The notes beneath the pieces were generated by a model. That model was not told the origin of the DNA and ran no database searches. It worked only from the letters and a program-made list of their open reading frames with translations. Shown here one piece after another: positions 40,316 to 50,494 of a DNA stretch of 64,000 nt. Numbering within the stretch: position 1 is the first letter of the stretch; every line of letters starts with the position of its first letter. Made by a program: the position numbers and the translations under genes. This stretch comes from Promethearchaeota archaeon (GTDB lineage Archaea; Asgardarchaeota; Lokiarchaeia; Sigyniarchaeales; SOKP01): the NCBI GenBank assembly GCA_030599585.1, contig JAUVNS010000005.1, forward strand, positions 32,001 to 96,000, read 5' to 3'.

Positions 40316-41434
40316 TTAAATCAATTCAAGAAATGTTTTCGTTCCAATTTTAAACTTTTCTGTGGGAATATTGTCTCTGACTTTTACTAATTTTATAGCA
40401 TCATTAGGGCAATTAGCTGCGCAAACTCCGCACCCCAAGCAATAATCTTCGTTTATAAACATGTGTTCATCAGAAGAATCTGGTTCGTTAGGAAGTTTAT
40501 GATAAATAACACCCATTGGGCATTTATTTAAACAAATTTCGCATTTTGTACATAAATCATTATTTATTTTAGGTGTATAGTTGGATGCTAAAGTGGCATA
40601 GTATTTATGTTCTTTGGCGGCTACAAGGGCTCCACAATGGCAGCTACAACAATTACATACGAATAAAGTGGATTCAATGCTACTGTCGGCAACACAATGG
40701 TGAATCAATCCTGCCTTCTCTGTTTTTATAAGATATTCAACTGCTTCTTCCTTATTAAGCTTTGGTGCTCCTCGTTCGATACTTGACCGAGCTCCTTCTC
40801 CCGCTAAAAAGCAACCCATCTCTGGTGATGCCACCTGACATGAGTCTCCAGTGTACTCGGCAATTAAGCGGCATTGACATGGAATGACCGTGAAAATGTC
40901 GTAATTATCAATTAATTGAGACATTAATTCATATGGTAAAATTTGAGATTCGACATCAAGAGATTTATCAATTTTAATTAATTTTTCCTTTGCGTTAATC
41001 GGTAACCGCGGTCTAAAAAATTTTAAATTTGTTTCAACTAAGAATGGTGGTAGAAAGCTCTTAAAAAACCATCTGAATATTTCCGCTACTTTTGTTAAAT
41101 TTTCCTCAGAATCGTTCCTCCTAATAAAATATCTTTCAAAGATGCCTGGAAGAATTGGGACTAAACCATACCCATCAACTACTTTAGCAATTGTACCTTT
41201 GGCGTATAATCTATCTAAAATAGATATCAATTCATCTTTTGAAATTCCTGTTGATTCTTCTAAACTTTTAAGCGAAGTATATTTATCAGCGCCTTCAAAC
41301 TTGGAAATAATTTCAATCTCCTCTTCATTCCATAAGACTTTCATCAGTTCAAAGATTTTCTTATGTTTTGGTGCGTATAATGACCCGAGACTTAATTTTT
41401 GTCTTACAATCTCATAATTATCAATTTCCAACAT
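40316..41434 (-). CDS. 4Fe-4S ferredoxin-domain protein with N-terminal wHTH-like region
   Basis: CQCR, CNCCSCHC, CTKCEICLNKCP, CLGCGVCAANCP. Confidence 0.88.
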   Translation of the reverse strand: MLEIDNYEIVRQKLSLGSLYAPKHKKIFELMKVLWNEEEIEIISKFEGADKYTSLKSLEESTGISKDELISILDRLYAKGTIAKVVDGYGLVPILPGIFERYFIRRNDSEENLTKVAEIFRWFFKSFLPPFLVETNLKFFRPRLPINAKEKLIKIDKSLDVESQILPYELMSQLIDNYDIFTVIPCQCRLIAEYTGDSCQVASPEMGCFLAGEGARSSIERGAPKLNKEEAVEYLIKTEKAGLIHHCVADSSIESTLFVCNCCSCHCGALVAAKEHKYYATLASNYTPKINNDLCTKCEICLNKCPMGVIYHKLPNEPDSSDEHMFINEDYCLGCGVCAANCPNDAIKLVKVRDNIPTEKFKIGTKTFLELI

Positions 41435-41448
41435 GATTTTATAAAAGG

Positions 41449-43050
41449 ATGTCTTGTTTAATTATTAATCGAAAATCAAATAGAATGTTTACATCAAAAT
41501 TTTATATCACTATTTCTATTATTCTAACTATATCTTTATTAAATTTTACAGAAAACGAACGGATGAAATTTAACATGGTAAAAGATTTAGAAAAAGACTT
41601 ATCTAAAATAATTAAAAAGGAACGGTTCCAAGGGAAAATGGTCAAGTATGTCAGTGGCGTTGGTAAAGTTCTATTATTCGTACTTCCTATTCTACTATTA
41701 ATAGTAACCATCCTAGCTTTTATATCAGTATTGGACTTCACGTTAAAAATTGTATTCTTCGTAATCTTAGGATTATATGCCTTCAATTCAATAATGCTAT
41801 TTCTAGGAGCAAATTCTACAAATTCTTCTCTTAAATTACGATTAAAAGTTGAAAGAAAAAGAGGAAGGCCAATAGACAGCCTTGATGGTTTTGAAATGTT
41901 ATTTTCTAGCGTGAAAAGAGTTGTTAACTTGCTAAAAATTATTGCCACAATATGTTTTGTAGCACTTATTTTGTTCGTAGTAATGTTATTACAGGGAGAT
42001 TTAAACTTAGGATTCGCAGCAGCAGGATTTGCACTAATTGGGTTAGGTTTAGCAATTATTATTCGTAGCCTAAACCTCAATATTCACGATGTCAACGGTC
42101 TTCAAGATTTTTATAAACCTACTACGCACCAAATTTTCTTAGACAATTTTTTTGGAGAAATATTTTCGGATCATTTAGATCCTATTACATTTCTTAAATG
42201 GGACGAATACTTAGCAGGGATAGATAAACTTTTAACGCCAACCTTTATTCAAAAGGTTAAAGAAGCCGAGGAAGATGAATTACCAATAACTTTTGGAATT
42301 GAATCAATATTATTCTTATACTATTTACAATACCAAGGCGTTTTAACTGAAGAACAATTTACTCGTGAATTAAAAGAAGTAATTAATGTAGATTCTGCTT
42401 CTTTTGATATCAAAAGAGGTTTGTTAATTGATGGTATGTGGTATTTCTCTACTGCTGATATCTATAAATTATTCAATTACATTAAAAAATACACCCCTGG
42501 CTTTTTTAACATTATAGACCGCTTACAACTTGAATTGGCAGATAACATTACCCGACTGTCTAAGGATCCTATTTACATGGATTCTTCAGCCCAAGAAGTA
42601 GTATTTTTGAATGCGGAACTCAATATTTTGATCTTTCTATATAATAATGCCCCAGATGAAAAAAAATACACTATAAAAGTAGTTGCCCCGGGATTTGAAC
42701 CTAGCAAATTGAAGTTAGATATCAAAGTTGAAGGAAGAGGAAGCTTTTTAATTCCAAATAAACCCATTCCTCTAATTTCTTCTGGAAGTACTGATATTGC
42801 AGGTGTATTATCAACAATGTTAGAAAACGGAGATACAACTTGGTTAACTTTAGAACCAAGAGAGACGGGAGAACAGACGATTCAAATTTTCTTGATGTCC
42901 TCTGATGGAACTATTATCGAAGGGAAAACAAGAACTATAAAAGTTACCAAAAACATGAAGACCTATTTAAAAAAACTTACTTCTATTGGCTCTCTACTTG
43001 GTGGGTTGGCCGTTCCATTAGCAAAAATCCTTCCTACTTTACTACAATAA
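41449..43050 (+). CDS. Membrane protein (4 N-terminal TM, large soluble domain, C-terminal hydrophobic tail)
   Basis: Long ORF; true start probably downstream (MKFN/MVKD, about 41563-41575). Confidence 0.72.
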   Translation: MSCLIINRKSNRMFTSKFYITISIILTISLLNFTENERMKFNMVKDLEKDLSKIIKKERFQGKMVKYVSGVGKVLLFVLPILLLIVTILAFISVLDFTLKIVFFVILGLYAFNSIMLFLGANSTNSSLKLRLKVERKRGRPIDSLDGFEMLFSSVKRVVNLLKIIATICFVALILFVVMLLQGDLNLGFAAAGFALIGLGLAIIIRSLNLNIHDVNGLQDFYKPTTHQIFLDNFFGEIFSDHLDPITFLKWDEYLAGIDKLLTPTFIQKVKEAEEDELPITFGIESILFLYYLQYQGVLTEEQFTRELKEVINVDSASFDIKRGLLIDGMWYFSTADIYKLFNYIKKYTPGFFNIIDRLQLELADNITRLSKDPIYMDSSAQEVVFLNAELNILIFLYNNAPDEKKYTIKVVAPGFEPSKLKLDIKVEGRGSFLIPNKPIPLISSGSTDIAGVLSTMLENGDTTWLTLEPRETGEQTIQIFLMSSDGTIIEGKTRTIKVTKNMKTYLKKLTSIGSLLGGLAVPLAKILPTLLQ

Positions 43051-43102
43051 TCATTTATCTCTTTTTTTTATTTTATTTGTGTCTTAAAAGTTAAATGATT
43101 CA

Positions 43103-43894
43103 CTAACTAACTTTTGGGAAGTAATCATTGTCTCTTCCAGGCTTAAAGTGCGATGTAAATTTGCTAAACTCTAAATATGAAAGCCTATCTGTGTTAATTG
43201 TAATGGTCCATAAATTTTTTAAACTCTCGTAATTATCTATTTTTTCAACAGGATTATTCAGTACGTTTAATTCCTCTAATTTCACGAGTTTTTCGAGACC
43301 TTTAACTACTTTAATCTGGTTTTCGTATAAATCCAGTCGTTTAAGGTTCGACAAATCTTGAAGTCCACTCATATCTTGAATCTGATTATTGGATAAGTTT
43401 ATTTGGATAAGCTGCTTCAAATTACTAAGATTTTTTATTTCCTTTATCCTATTACAAGAAAAGTCTAAATCTTCGAGCTTATGTAACGAATCCAGTCCCG
43501 ATATTCCACTGATTTCGCCATTTCTTAAAAATAAATTTCTTAAATTCCCCAATGAATTAAGCCCTTCAATTTTCTTAATACTTTTACACTCGTTTAAGCT
43601 TAGAATCTTTAACTTCTTGAGATTGTCTAAACCTTCAATTTTCCGAATGTTATTTCCATTTAAAATCAAATATTCCAGGTCTATTAGGTTTCCGAGGCCT
43701 GCGATTTTGGTTATTTTATTACTCTTTAAATTCAATGAATTCAGGTTTTTTAGCTTTTCTAGGTTTTTAATCTCTGTGATATCTTCAATCCCTACTCCAG
43801 AAAGATTTAAGTAATCCATGTGGCCTGAATCGCTTAAAATCTCATATTGAACGCCTTTATATTCAACAAATCTAATATCCGACATGATAGACAC
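43103..43894 (-). CDS. Leucine-rich repeat protein (SDS22-like 22-aa repeats)
   Basis: About 9 repeats of LxxLxLxxNxIxxIxGLxxLxx. Confidence 0.92.
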   Translation of the reverse strand: MSIMSDIRFVEYKGVQYEILSDSGHMDYLNLSGVGIEDITEIKNLEKLKNLNSLNLKSNKITKIAGLGNLIDLEYLILNGNNIRKIEGLDNLKKLKILSLNECKSIKKIEGLNSLGNLRNLFLRNGEISGISGLDSLHKLEDLDFSCNRIKEIKNLSNLKQLIQINLSNNQIQDMSGLQDLSNLKRLDLYENQIKVVKGLEKLVKLEELNVLNNPVEKIDNYESLKNLWTITINTDRLSYLEFSKFTSHFKPGRDNDYFPKVS

Positions 43895-44209
43895 GTTAAA
43901 TGGTTTTTACCATCAAAAATATTTATAGATTTCATATTAAAGAATGTTAGGTTTTGATAGGAAAGAATCAAAATAATTTTAAATAAAATACTATATCTAA
44001 TTTAGGACAAATTCAGTTATACATTTTTTAAAAACAAATTCTACCATCTGTAACTACAATAAGCACAAAAAAACATTTTGAAGCAGTTCTTGAAGCGATA
44101 AATCGGATAAATCATCGGTTTCCGTTCTAATCCTAAAAAATTTTCATATTATGGCTTTTTTTAACTCATTAGTAAAAACTTTAAAAATGATAGATGTAGA
44201 ATTGAATTT

Positions 44210-45736
44210 ATGGAGAAATTTGATTTAGTAGTAGTTGGATCTGGAGCGGGGCTAAATGTCCTTAATTATGGACTTCAAATGGGGTTAAAATGCGCTTTAG
44301 TTGAAAACGCGAAACTTGGAGCAACATGTTTAACTCGCGGTTGTATTCCATCAAAAGTATTGGTTCACCCTGCAGACTTAATAAGAGAAGCAGAGCATGC
44401 AGCTAAGGTTGGGATAAAATTTAGACTCGAAGGCATTGATTGGGAATTAATTGGTAAAAGAATGTGGAGTCAAATAGATGAAAGCAAAGAAATGGAAGAG
44501 GGGCTATCACACGTACCAAACTTAAAACTTTATAAAGGCGTAGGTGAATTTATTGGAGATTATGAAATGCTGGTTAAATCTGTAGGGTCTGATAAAATTA
44601 TCGGTCACTTTAAAGGAGAAAAATTTGTCTTAGCTTCTGGTGCGCGTTCTTTTATTCCTCCTATACAAGGATTAGACGAAATCGAATACATAACAAGTGA
44701 GAATTTCTTTGATGATAAATTTCCTAAGAAGCCGTGGGAAAGTCTAATTATTATTGGAGGTGGAGTTATTGCCGCTGAATTTGCCCATATTTTTTCCGCT
44801 TTTGGCACGAGAGTAACTATTGTAGAAATGTTACCTCGTCTAGTCATGACTGAGGAACCAGAAATAAGCGAATTACTGGAACGTAATTTTAAGAAAAATA
44901 TGACTGTGTTTGTAAACCATAAGGCGATTAAAGTAGGTGCTAAAAAGAAATTGAAAACGGTTACAGTTCAAGATGTTGAGAGTGGAAAAGAAATTGAATT
45001 ACAAGCAGAAGAAATTTTAGTTGCTGCGGGGCGTCGTTCTAATGCTGATTTATTAGCGGTCGAGAAGACTGGAGTTGAAACTGATGAAAGAGGTTGGATT
45101 AAAACCAATAAATACTTAGAAACTACAAAGTCGAACATCTGGTGCTTTGGGGACGCTAATGGTCTTTATCAATTCAGACACAAAGCCAATTATGAAGCGG
45201 ATCTTTGTGCTAACAACATTTTCGGTCCTGAAAGCGATAAAAAGGAAGCTGATTATTCAGTAATACCTTGGGCTATATTTACATCACCTCAAATAGGTCA
45301 CGTCGGCATGACAGAGGCAGAAGCTATAGAGAAGGGTCACGAGATATTCGTTGCTGTTAATCATTACTCTGGAGTAGCGAAAGGATTTGCAATGGGCTAT
45401 GAAAGTGAGGATGTAGACGATGGTTTTGTTAAACTAGTCATCGATAAATCATATAAATTATTAGGTGCACATGCAGTTGGGCCTCACGCTGTGATACTTG
45501 TTCAACCCTTTGTATATTTAATGAATGCTGGATACACTTGTGATTCTCCCGATTTTCCTGCAAGAACGGGCGCTAATAAGTTGGGTAGAGCTTGTCCTGA
45601 GGCAGGATCTTTTATGCCGGTTTATAAATCGATGGTGATTCATCCCTCCCTTAATGAAGTGGCTGGCTGGGCTATTGGTAAAATGCGACCTGTAAATATT
45701 AAATCTCACGGCCATGAACATCAACACGAGCATTAA
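44210..45736 (+). CDS. Pyridine nucleotide-disulfide oxidoreductase (dihydrolipoamide dehydrogenase/mycothione reductase-like)
   Basis: GSGAG, TCLTRGCIPSK, GGGVIAAE, FGDA, IHPSLNE. Confidence 0.9.
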   Translation: MEKFDLVVVGSGAGLNVLNYGLQMGLKCALVENAKLGATCLTRGCIPSKVLVHPADLIREAEHAAKVGIKFRLEGIDWELIGKRMWSQIDESKEMEEGLSHVPNLKLYKGVGEFIGDYEMLVKSVGSDKIIGHFKGEKFVLASGARSFIPPIQGLDEIEYITSENFFDDKFPKKPWESLIIIGGGVIAAEFAHIFSAFGTRVTIVEMLPRLVMTEEPEISELLERNFKKNMTVFVNHKAIKVGAKKKLKTVTVQDVESGKEIELQAEEILVAAGRRSNADLLAVEKTGVETDERGWIKTNKYLETTKSNIWCFGDANGLYQFRHKANYEADLCANNIFGPESDKKEADYSVIPWAIFTSPQIGHVGMTEAEAIEKGHEIFVAVNHYSGVAKGFAMGYESEDVDDGFVKLVIDKSYKLLGAHAVGPHAVILVQPFVYLMNAGYTCDSPDFPARTGANKLGRACPEAGSFMPVYKSMVIHPSLNEVAGWAIGKMRPVNIKSHGHEHQHEH

Positions 45737-45831
45737 AAAAACTCCTTTTTTTTTATCATTTCTTTAATGAAGAAAATTAAATCTATGTAAAAACTTCAAA
45801 TATTTAGCTTCTTTCAACAATCTAGAAAATA

Positions 45832-47763
45832 ATGGATTTGCATAAAAATCGATTAAGCCAAATTTTTACACCTGATTATATAGCGGAGTTTATGGTTAAA
45901 AACATTAAGCAACATTATTTGTCCACACATAATGAGGTTTCCATTGATAAGATTAAAATCCTTGAACCTAGCGCAGGTAAAGGAATCTTTCTTAATTATA
46001 TCTTAGACGAAGGATTTACTGATGTTATTGCTTATGAATTAGATCAAACTTTAAAAATTTCCCTTTTAAAACATTATCCGAATATAGAGCTTAAATTTGA
46101 AAATTTCTTAGGATCAGACGCTAACGAAAAGTTCGATATCATTATAGGAAATCCACCTTATTTAGGACAAAACTATAACGCCGTAATTTTTCAAGAGCTT
46201 GTAAAGAACTATTCGATTTGCAAAAAATATTTCGTTGGAAATATGGATTTATTTTATTTTTTCATTCATTTAGGAATAGAAAAACTAAAACCGGGAGGGT
46301 TATTATCTTTTATAACTACCAATTACTGGTTAACTAAATCTAAGAAGACAGGGATAAAGTATCTTAAACCTCACATCACAAACGATTGCTTCATGATACA
46401 ATATATTGATTTATCAAAAATTAAAGTTTTTAAAGATGCTAAAGGTCAACATAATTGTATTTTTGTGCTGCAGAAAAAGAATTCACTTGAAAAAGAAAAT
46501 ATCACTGATAAACACATCCAAATCGTTCAGATAAATAAAAATAAAGATTCTAACTCATTTGATCATCAATATAATAAACTCTTGTTTTCAAAAATCCTTG
46601 ATAATTCTAATTATAAATCTATTAAAAAATACACTTCAGGTTTAACTAATAATGATCTTTCGCTAAAAAGCAATTGGAACCTGTTATATCCAAGAGAGAT
46701 TAAAGAGATCATCATGCAAATTGATCGTTTTTGTATGAAGAATAATAATTTGAATTTATTAGGAGATTATTTCAGTATAAGGAACGGATTAATCCTAATA
46801 AAGGACGAGATTTTTATTTTAAAGGAAAATGAACAAATAAAATTTGATGGGGATGACATTTTAATTAAAATTAATAATAGATTCACCAAATTAAATCCAC
46901 TTGAGAAAAAACAGTTAAAAAAATTTTACAAGAGCCGAGTTATTAAACCGTATGGATATCTACAAGAAGAGCAGGAAGGATATTTACTCTTTTTTAATAA
47001 ATCGAATTTCAAGCAATACGAGATTGGAGAAAGAGATTATCAAATCTCTAGGATATATCCTAACCTTTCTAACTATCTAAAACAATTTGAACTAGATCTT
47101 AAGGAAATATTAAAAAATGCTAATGAAAACCGTCATGATTTCTATTTCCCCCGAAGAGGAAGTCATATTAGGCAGAATACTGATAAAAAATTAGTTAATT
47201 TAGAACCATTATATGATGATGGTCCAAAGATTTTTTTTAAGTTTATTTCGCAGGAAAATGTATTTGGATATACTTCAGACCAATATTATGCAACATCAGA
47301 CACCTATTTTCTGTGGTCTAAAAAACCTACTGATTTTTCTCTCTTATTTTTACTCGCTTATTTAAATTCTAAAATCGTAGCCTTTCTTTTTAAATCGAAA
47401 AGTTTAGCCGTAAAAAGAAGCAAAACAAAAATAGAAAATGGAATTCCCCTACCTGTGCTTGATAAATTCAAGTCTACGGAAAAAAAATCAATTATTGAAT
47501 TGATTCAACTATTAACCAAATGTCTCGTTTATTCCGTAAATTCATTCAAGGGGTCTGATGTTTACAAATTTAGTAGTCAATTAGAGTCTTCTTCTTATTT
47601 ACAAACAGCTGAGACATTAACAAGTAAAGAAATGATTATTAAAGCGATGAATGATAAGAATGATGAATTAATCCAAGAATTCATCAATAACCTTTTTTAT
47701 CAACTATTTGATTTGGATGGAAATCGAATAGATTATTTAATAAAGGAATACTATAATGCTTAA
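45832..47763 (+). CDS. Second N6-adenine DNA methyltransferase (Eco57I/TaqI-like), no adjacent endonuclease
   Basis: FTP, ILEPSAGKG, IGNPPY, DLFYFF, LLAYLNS. Confidence 0.88.
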   Translation: MDLHKNRLSQIFTPDYIAEFMVKNIKQHYLSTHNEVSIDKIKILEPSAGKGIFLNYILDEGFTDVIAYELDQTLKISLLKHYPNIELKFENFLGSDANEKFDIIIGNPPYLGQNYNAVIFQELVKNYSICKKYFVGNMDLFYFFIHLGIEKLKPGGLLSFITTNYWLTKSKKTGIKYLKPHITNDCFMIQYIDLSKIKVFKDAKGQHNCIFVLQKKNSLEKENITDKHIQIVQINKNKDSNSFDHQYNKLLFSKILDNSNYKSIKKYTSGLTNNDLSLKSNWNLLYPREIKEIIMQIDRFCMKNNNLNLLGDYFSIRNGLILIKDEIFILKENEQIKFDGDDILIKINNRFTKLNPLEKKQLKKFYKSRVIKPYGYLQEEQEGYLLFFNKSNFKQYEIGERDYQISRIYPNLSNYLKQFELDLKEILKNANENRHDFYFPRRGSHIRQNTDKKLVNLEPLYDDGPKIFFKFISQENVFGYTSDQYYATSDTYFLWSKKPTDFSLLFLLAYLNSKIVAFLFKSKSLAVKRSKTKIENGIPLPVLDKFKSTEKKSIIELIQLLTKCLVYSVNSFKGSDVYKFSSQLESSSYLQTAETLTSKEMIIKAMNDKNDELIQEFINNLFYQLFDLDGNRIDYLIKEYYNA

Positions 47764-47798
47764 TTAGAAAAACCAATAATTCAAGGTCTTACAGTTAA

Positions 47799-48851
47799 AT
47801 GATAGAGTTTCCAAAATTCGATGATGTTGGTAGTTTTCCATTACCGGATTACATTGATTTTGACAAGTTCAACCAATTCTATTGGGTAGGATACAAGGGA
47901 ATTATTAATAAGGCTGATATTTTTGAGAATAGGGGAATTTACAATTTTTTCATCCATCCGTTTCTCCAATCGTTTCAGTTAAAATTAAACGCTGGGGTAG
48001 AAGTAATCAATTATCCCCAACATATGGATATGTATACCCAATTTTTAAAACCTATCGAAGATTATGCAATAGAGCCTTCTCTGATTGACTCCAAAAAAGG
48101 AATTATTCCAGAACTCTTCATATTAGACTCTTTTGCGAAAGATTATTATGAAAGAACTGGAAATGCCCTTAAAATAAAAGTATGCATTACTGGACCCATA
48201 GAATTATACATAAAAAAGCATGGTTTTACTTTATACCCCGATATTGTCTTCAATTTTGCTCAGTCTTTAAACAGAATATTGAAAAATTCAATAAAGAATA
48301 CGAAATATCTTCAAAATTCCATCATCTCGATTGATGAACCATCATTTGGGTATGTTGACATGTTTAATGTCGAAGAGGATGATTTGATTAAAGCATTTGA
48401 TAAAACTGTGGAAGGGATAGATAGTCTTATTCAAATCCACCTTCATACTTTAAAAAAATTCATAATTCCTATTCAAACAAAAAATATTGACATACTCACA
48501 TGTGAATACGCCTCTGATCATTCTAATATCATTCCAAAAAATGACTTAGAAAAGTATGATAAATACATCCGTGTTGGCATCACGAGAACGAATATAAACA
48601 GTATCTTGGCTGAGAAATTGGACGCGGGGGCTTCACTTGATGAATTTAAAACGTTTGAAGGCACGATGAGCTTAATTGATTCAGAAAAATTCATCAAGAA
48701 GAATTTGCTTTTTGCTCTTAAGCATTATGAAGATAGGGTTAAATTTGTAGGCCCTGATTGTGGACTCAAAGGATGGAACCCCCCTCAAGTTGCTTACGAA
48801 TTGCTAAGAAGAACTTATAAAGTCATTAAGGATGTTAGAAATACTTTGTAA
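47799..48851 (+). CDS. Short single-barrel cobalamin-independent-type methionine synthase (MetE C-terminal family, MesC-like)
   Basis: DDVGSFPLP, ITGP, IDEPS, IHLH, E, GPDCGL; no N-terminal folate-binding barrel. Confidence 0.75.
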   Translation: MIEFPKFDDVGSFPLPDYIDFDKFNQFYWVGYKGIINKADIFENRGIYNFFIHPFLQSFQLKLNAGVEVINYPQHMDMYTQFLKPIEDYAIEPSLIDSKKGIIPELFILDSFAKDYYERTGNALKIKVCITGPIELYIKKHGFTLYPDIVFNFAQSLNRILKNSIKNTKYLQNSIISIDEPSFGYVDMFNVEEDDLIKAFDKTVEGIDSLIQIHLHTLKKFIIPIQTKNIDILTCEYASDHSNIIPKNDLEKYDKYIRVGITRTNINSILAEKLDAGASLDEFKTFEGTMSLIDSEKFIKKNLLFALKHYEDRVKFVGPDCGLKGWNPPQVAYELLRRTYKVIKDVRNTL

Positions 48852-49043
48852 GCAAATTTTAATTATTTTGATTAAGATATTTGTAATAAAAATTATAAAT
48901 TATCTATTTATTGAAGCAAAACTCTGTTATGCTCAATTCCTTGCGTATACTTCTTATTATTCTTATAATTTATTTGGAAAAAAAAAATCGAAATTAATAT
49001 ACTTCTAATTAAAATATAAGACAAAATCGCAATATAATTAAAA

Positions 49044-49637
49044 ATGATAATAGATCATTTGAACCAAACTATTCAATTAAAAATTTGCTATTTTGGACCG
49101 GCACTTTCAGGTAAGACTACAACTCTAAAAGCCTTATTCAAACACTTTGGAAAAGAGGATAAAGTATTAAGTATTGAAAGTAGTATAAGAAGAACTCTAT
49201 TCTTTGACTACGGTACGATCTCATTCGAAAATAAGCAATGGCGGCTTAAGATTCACATATACTCTACGACTGGTCAAGATTTCTACATAATCACCAGGCC
49301 TGTTACACTACAAGGGATAGATGGAATTGTTTTCGTTGCTGACTCTCGACAATCAACCTATTATCGAAATTTGACCTCATGGAATGAATTGGGTAACTAT
49401 TTCGAAGAGTATTTCATTGATTTACCGAAAATTTTAGCTTTTAATAAACAAGATTTGCACGAAAAGTTTAATTCAACCGATTTCTTAGAAAATATCAATT
49501 CTTTCAAATTTAAGAATTTTAAAACTAAAAAGACTGTAGCAACTCACGGGTATGGCGTTGTAGAATCTTTTGAACAGCTTATGGAACTTATCTTGGAAAA
49601 AATATACAAATCACAAATTGTGTCAATTTTCGATTAA
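49044..49637 (+). CDS. MglA-like small GTPase
   Basis: KICYFGPALSGKTT, RTLFFD, STTGQ, DGIVFVADS, NKQD. Confidence 0.88.
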   Translation: MIIDHLNQTIQLKICYFGPALSGKTTTLKALFKHFGKEDKVLSIESSIRRTLFFDYGTISFENKQWRLKIHIYSTTGQDFYIITRPVTLQGIDGIVFVADSRQSTYYRNLTSWNELGNYFEEYFIDLPKILAFNKQDLHEKFNSTDFLENINSFKFKNFKTKKTVATHGYGVVESFEQLMELILEKIYKSQIVSIFD

Positions 49638-49782
49638 GTAGTTAATCATTCTTAAAACATATCCATGTTATTAATTTAAGGATAATTCATTTCAGAATCT
49701 TATTTTAAATTATTATTGAAAGAATAAAATGATTGAAATTCAATTTTAAAGTGTACACAGCTTATTTTTAAAAATCAATAAG

Positions 49783-49838
49783 TTTTTATAGCTTTTTTGC
49801 CATATTACTAATGTCAATTGTCAATTGTCAATTGACAA
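49783..49838 (+). promoter_or_regulatory. TATA box plus triple TGTCAAT/palindromic operator upstream of the hsp20-cdc48 cluster
   Basis: TTTTTATA at 49783-49790; (TGTCAAT)x3+TGACA at 49812-49837, including the perfect palindrome TTGTCAATTGACAA. Confidence 0.65.
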
Positions 49839-49857
49839 AAATAAAAAGGTGATATTC

Positions 49858-50481
49858 GTGTCAGATGAGTATGATGATGATTATAATGATTTTTTAGAGC
49901 GAATTAAAGAATATCTTAATTTAGATCAAGGAGCTTTTGATGTGGATTTTTTATTTCTACCTGAACCGAATTTTGGTCCAAAAACAAATCGTAATGATGA
50001 TAAGTTTAAAGGGTTTAAAGTAAGTTATCATTTTGAATCTGGAATGAATAAACCAGAAATAAAAATTGAAGGTAATTTTGATGAAAAAAGGCTTCAGGAA
50101 TACATTAAGAAAATGAATCTTTCTAAACATTCACAACTTAAACGGTTAAATCCTTCAAGGGATAGGCAAGCTATTGATGTAAGTACGCTTTCCTTACAGC
50201 CTAATTACGAAAAAAGAGATAATATAGCAAAAGATCATTATTTTGAAACAATTTTTTATAAAGATTCTGCTGAGATTATTATCGAAGCTCCAGGAATTGA
50301 AAAAGGGCATATTTTGCTAAGTTTAACTGAAGATGGAAGAACTCTTAGAGTATCAATCGAAATCAATTTTAATAATATAGAAAAAGAGATATTATTACCT
50401 TTTGAATCTACAATGGACGATCACATTTTAGAATTTAATAACGGAATAGTAACAATTATAATGCGAAAGAAATATATTTGA
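49858..50481 (+). CDS. Hsp20/alpha-crystallin-like small heat-shock protein
   Basis: IIIEAPGIEK..I.L, LPF, FNNGIV; start moved from 49825 to the in-frame GTG preceded by the AGGTGA Shine-Dalgarno. Confidence 0.75.
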   Translation: MSDEYDDDYNDFLERIKEYLNLDQGAFDVDFLFLPEPNFGPKTNRNDDKFKGFKVSYHFESGMNKPEIKIEGNFDEKRLQEYIKKMNLSKHSQLKRLNPSRDRQAIDVSTLSLQPNYEKRDNIAKDHYFETIFYKDSAEIIIEAPGIEKGHILLSLTEDGRTLRVSIEINFNNIEKEILLPFESTMDDHILEFNNGIVTIIMRKKYI

Positions 50482-50494
50482 GTGTGGTAATTAA

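Noticed and set aside
3609-47763. Complete restriction-modification or defence island
   Set aside because: The two methyltransferases are about 40 kb apart, with no recognisable nuclease, helicase or specificity genes beside them
49825-49857. ORF-track TTG start of hsp20
   Set aside because: It falls inside the palindromic operator; the GTG at 49858 has a proper AGGTGA Shine-Dalgarno
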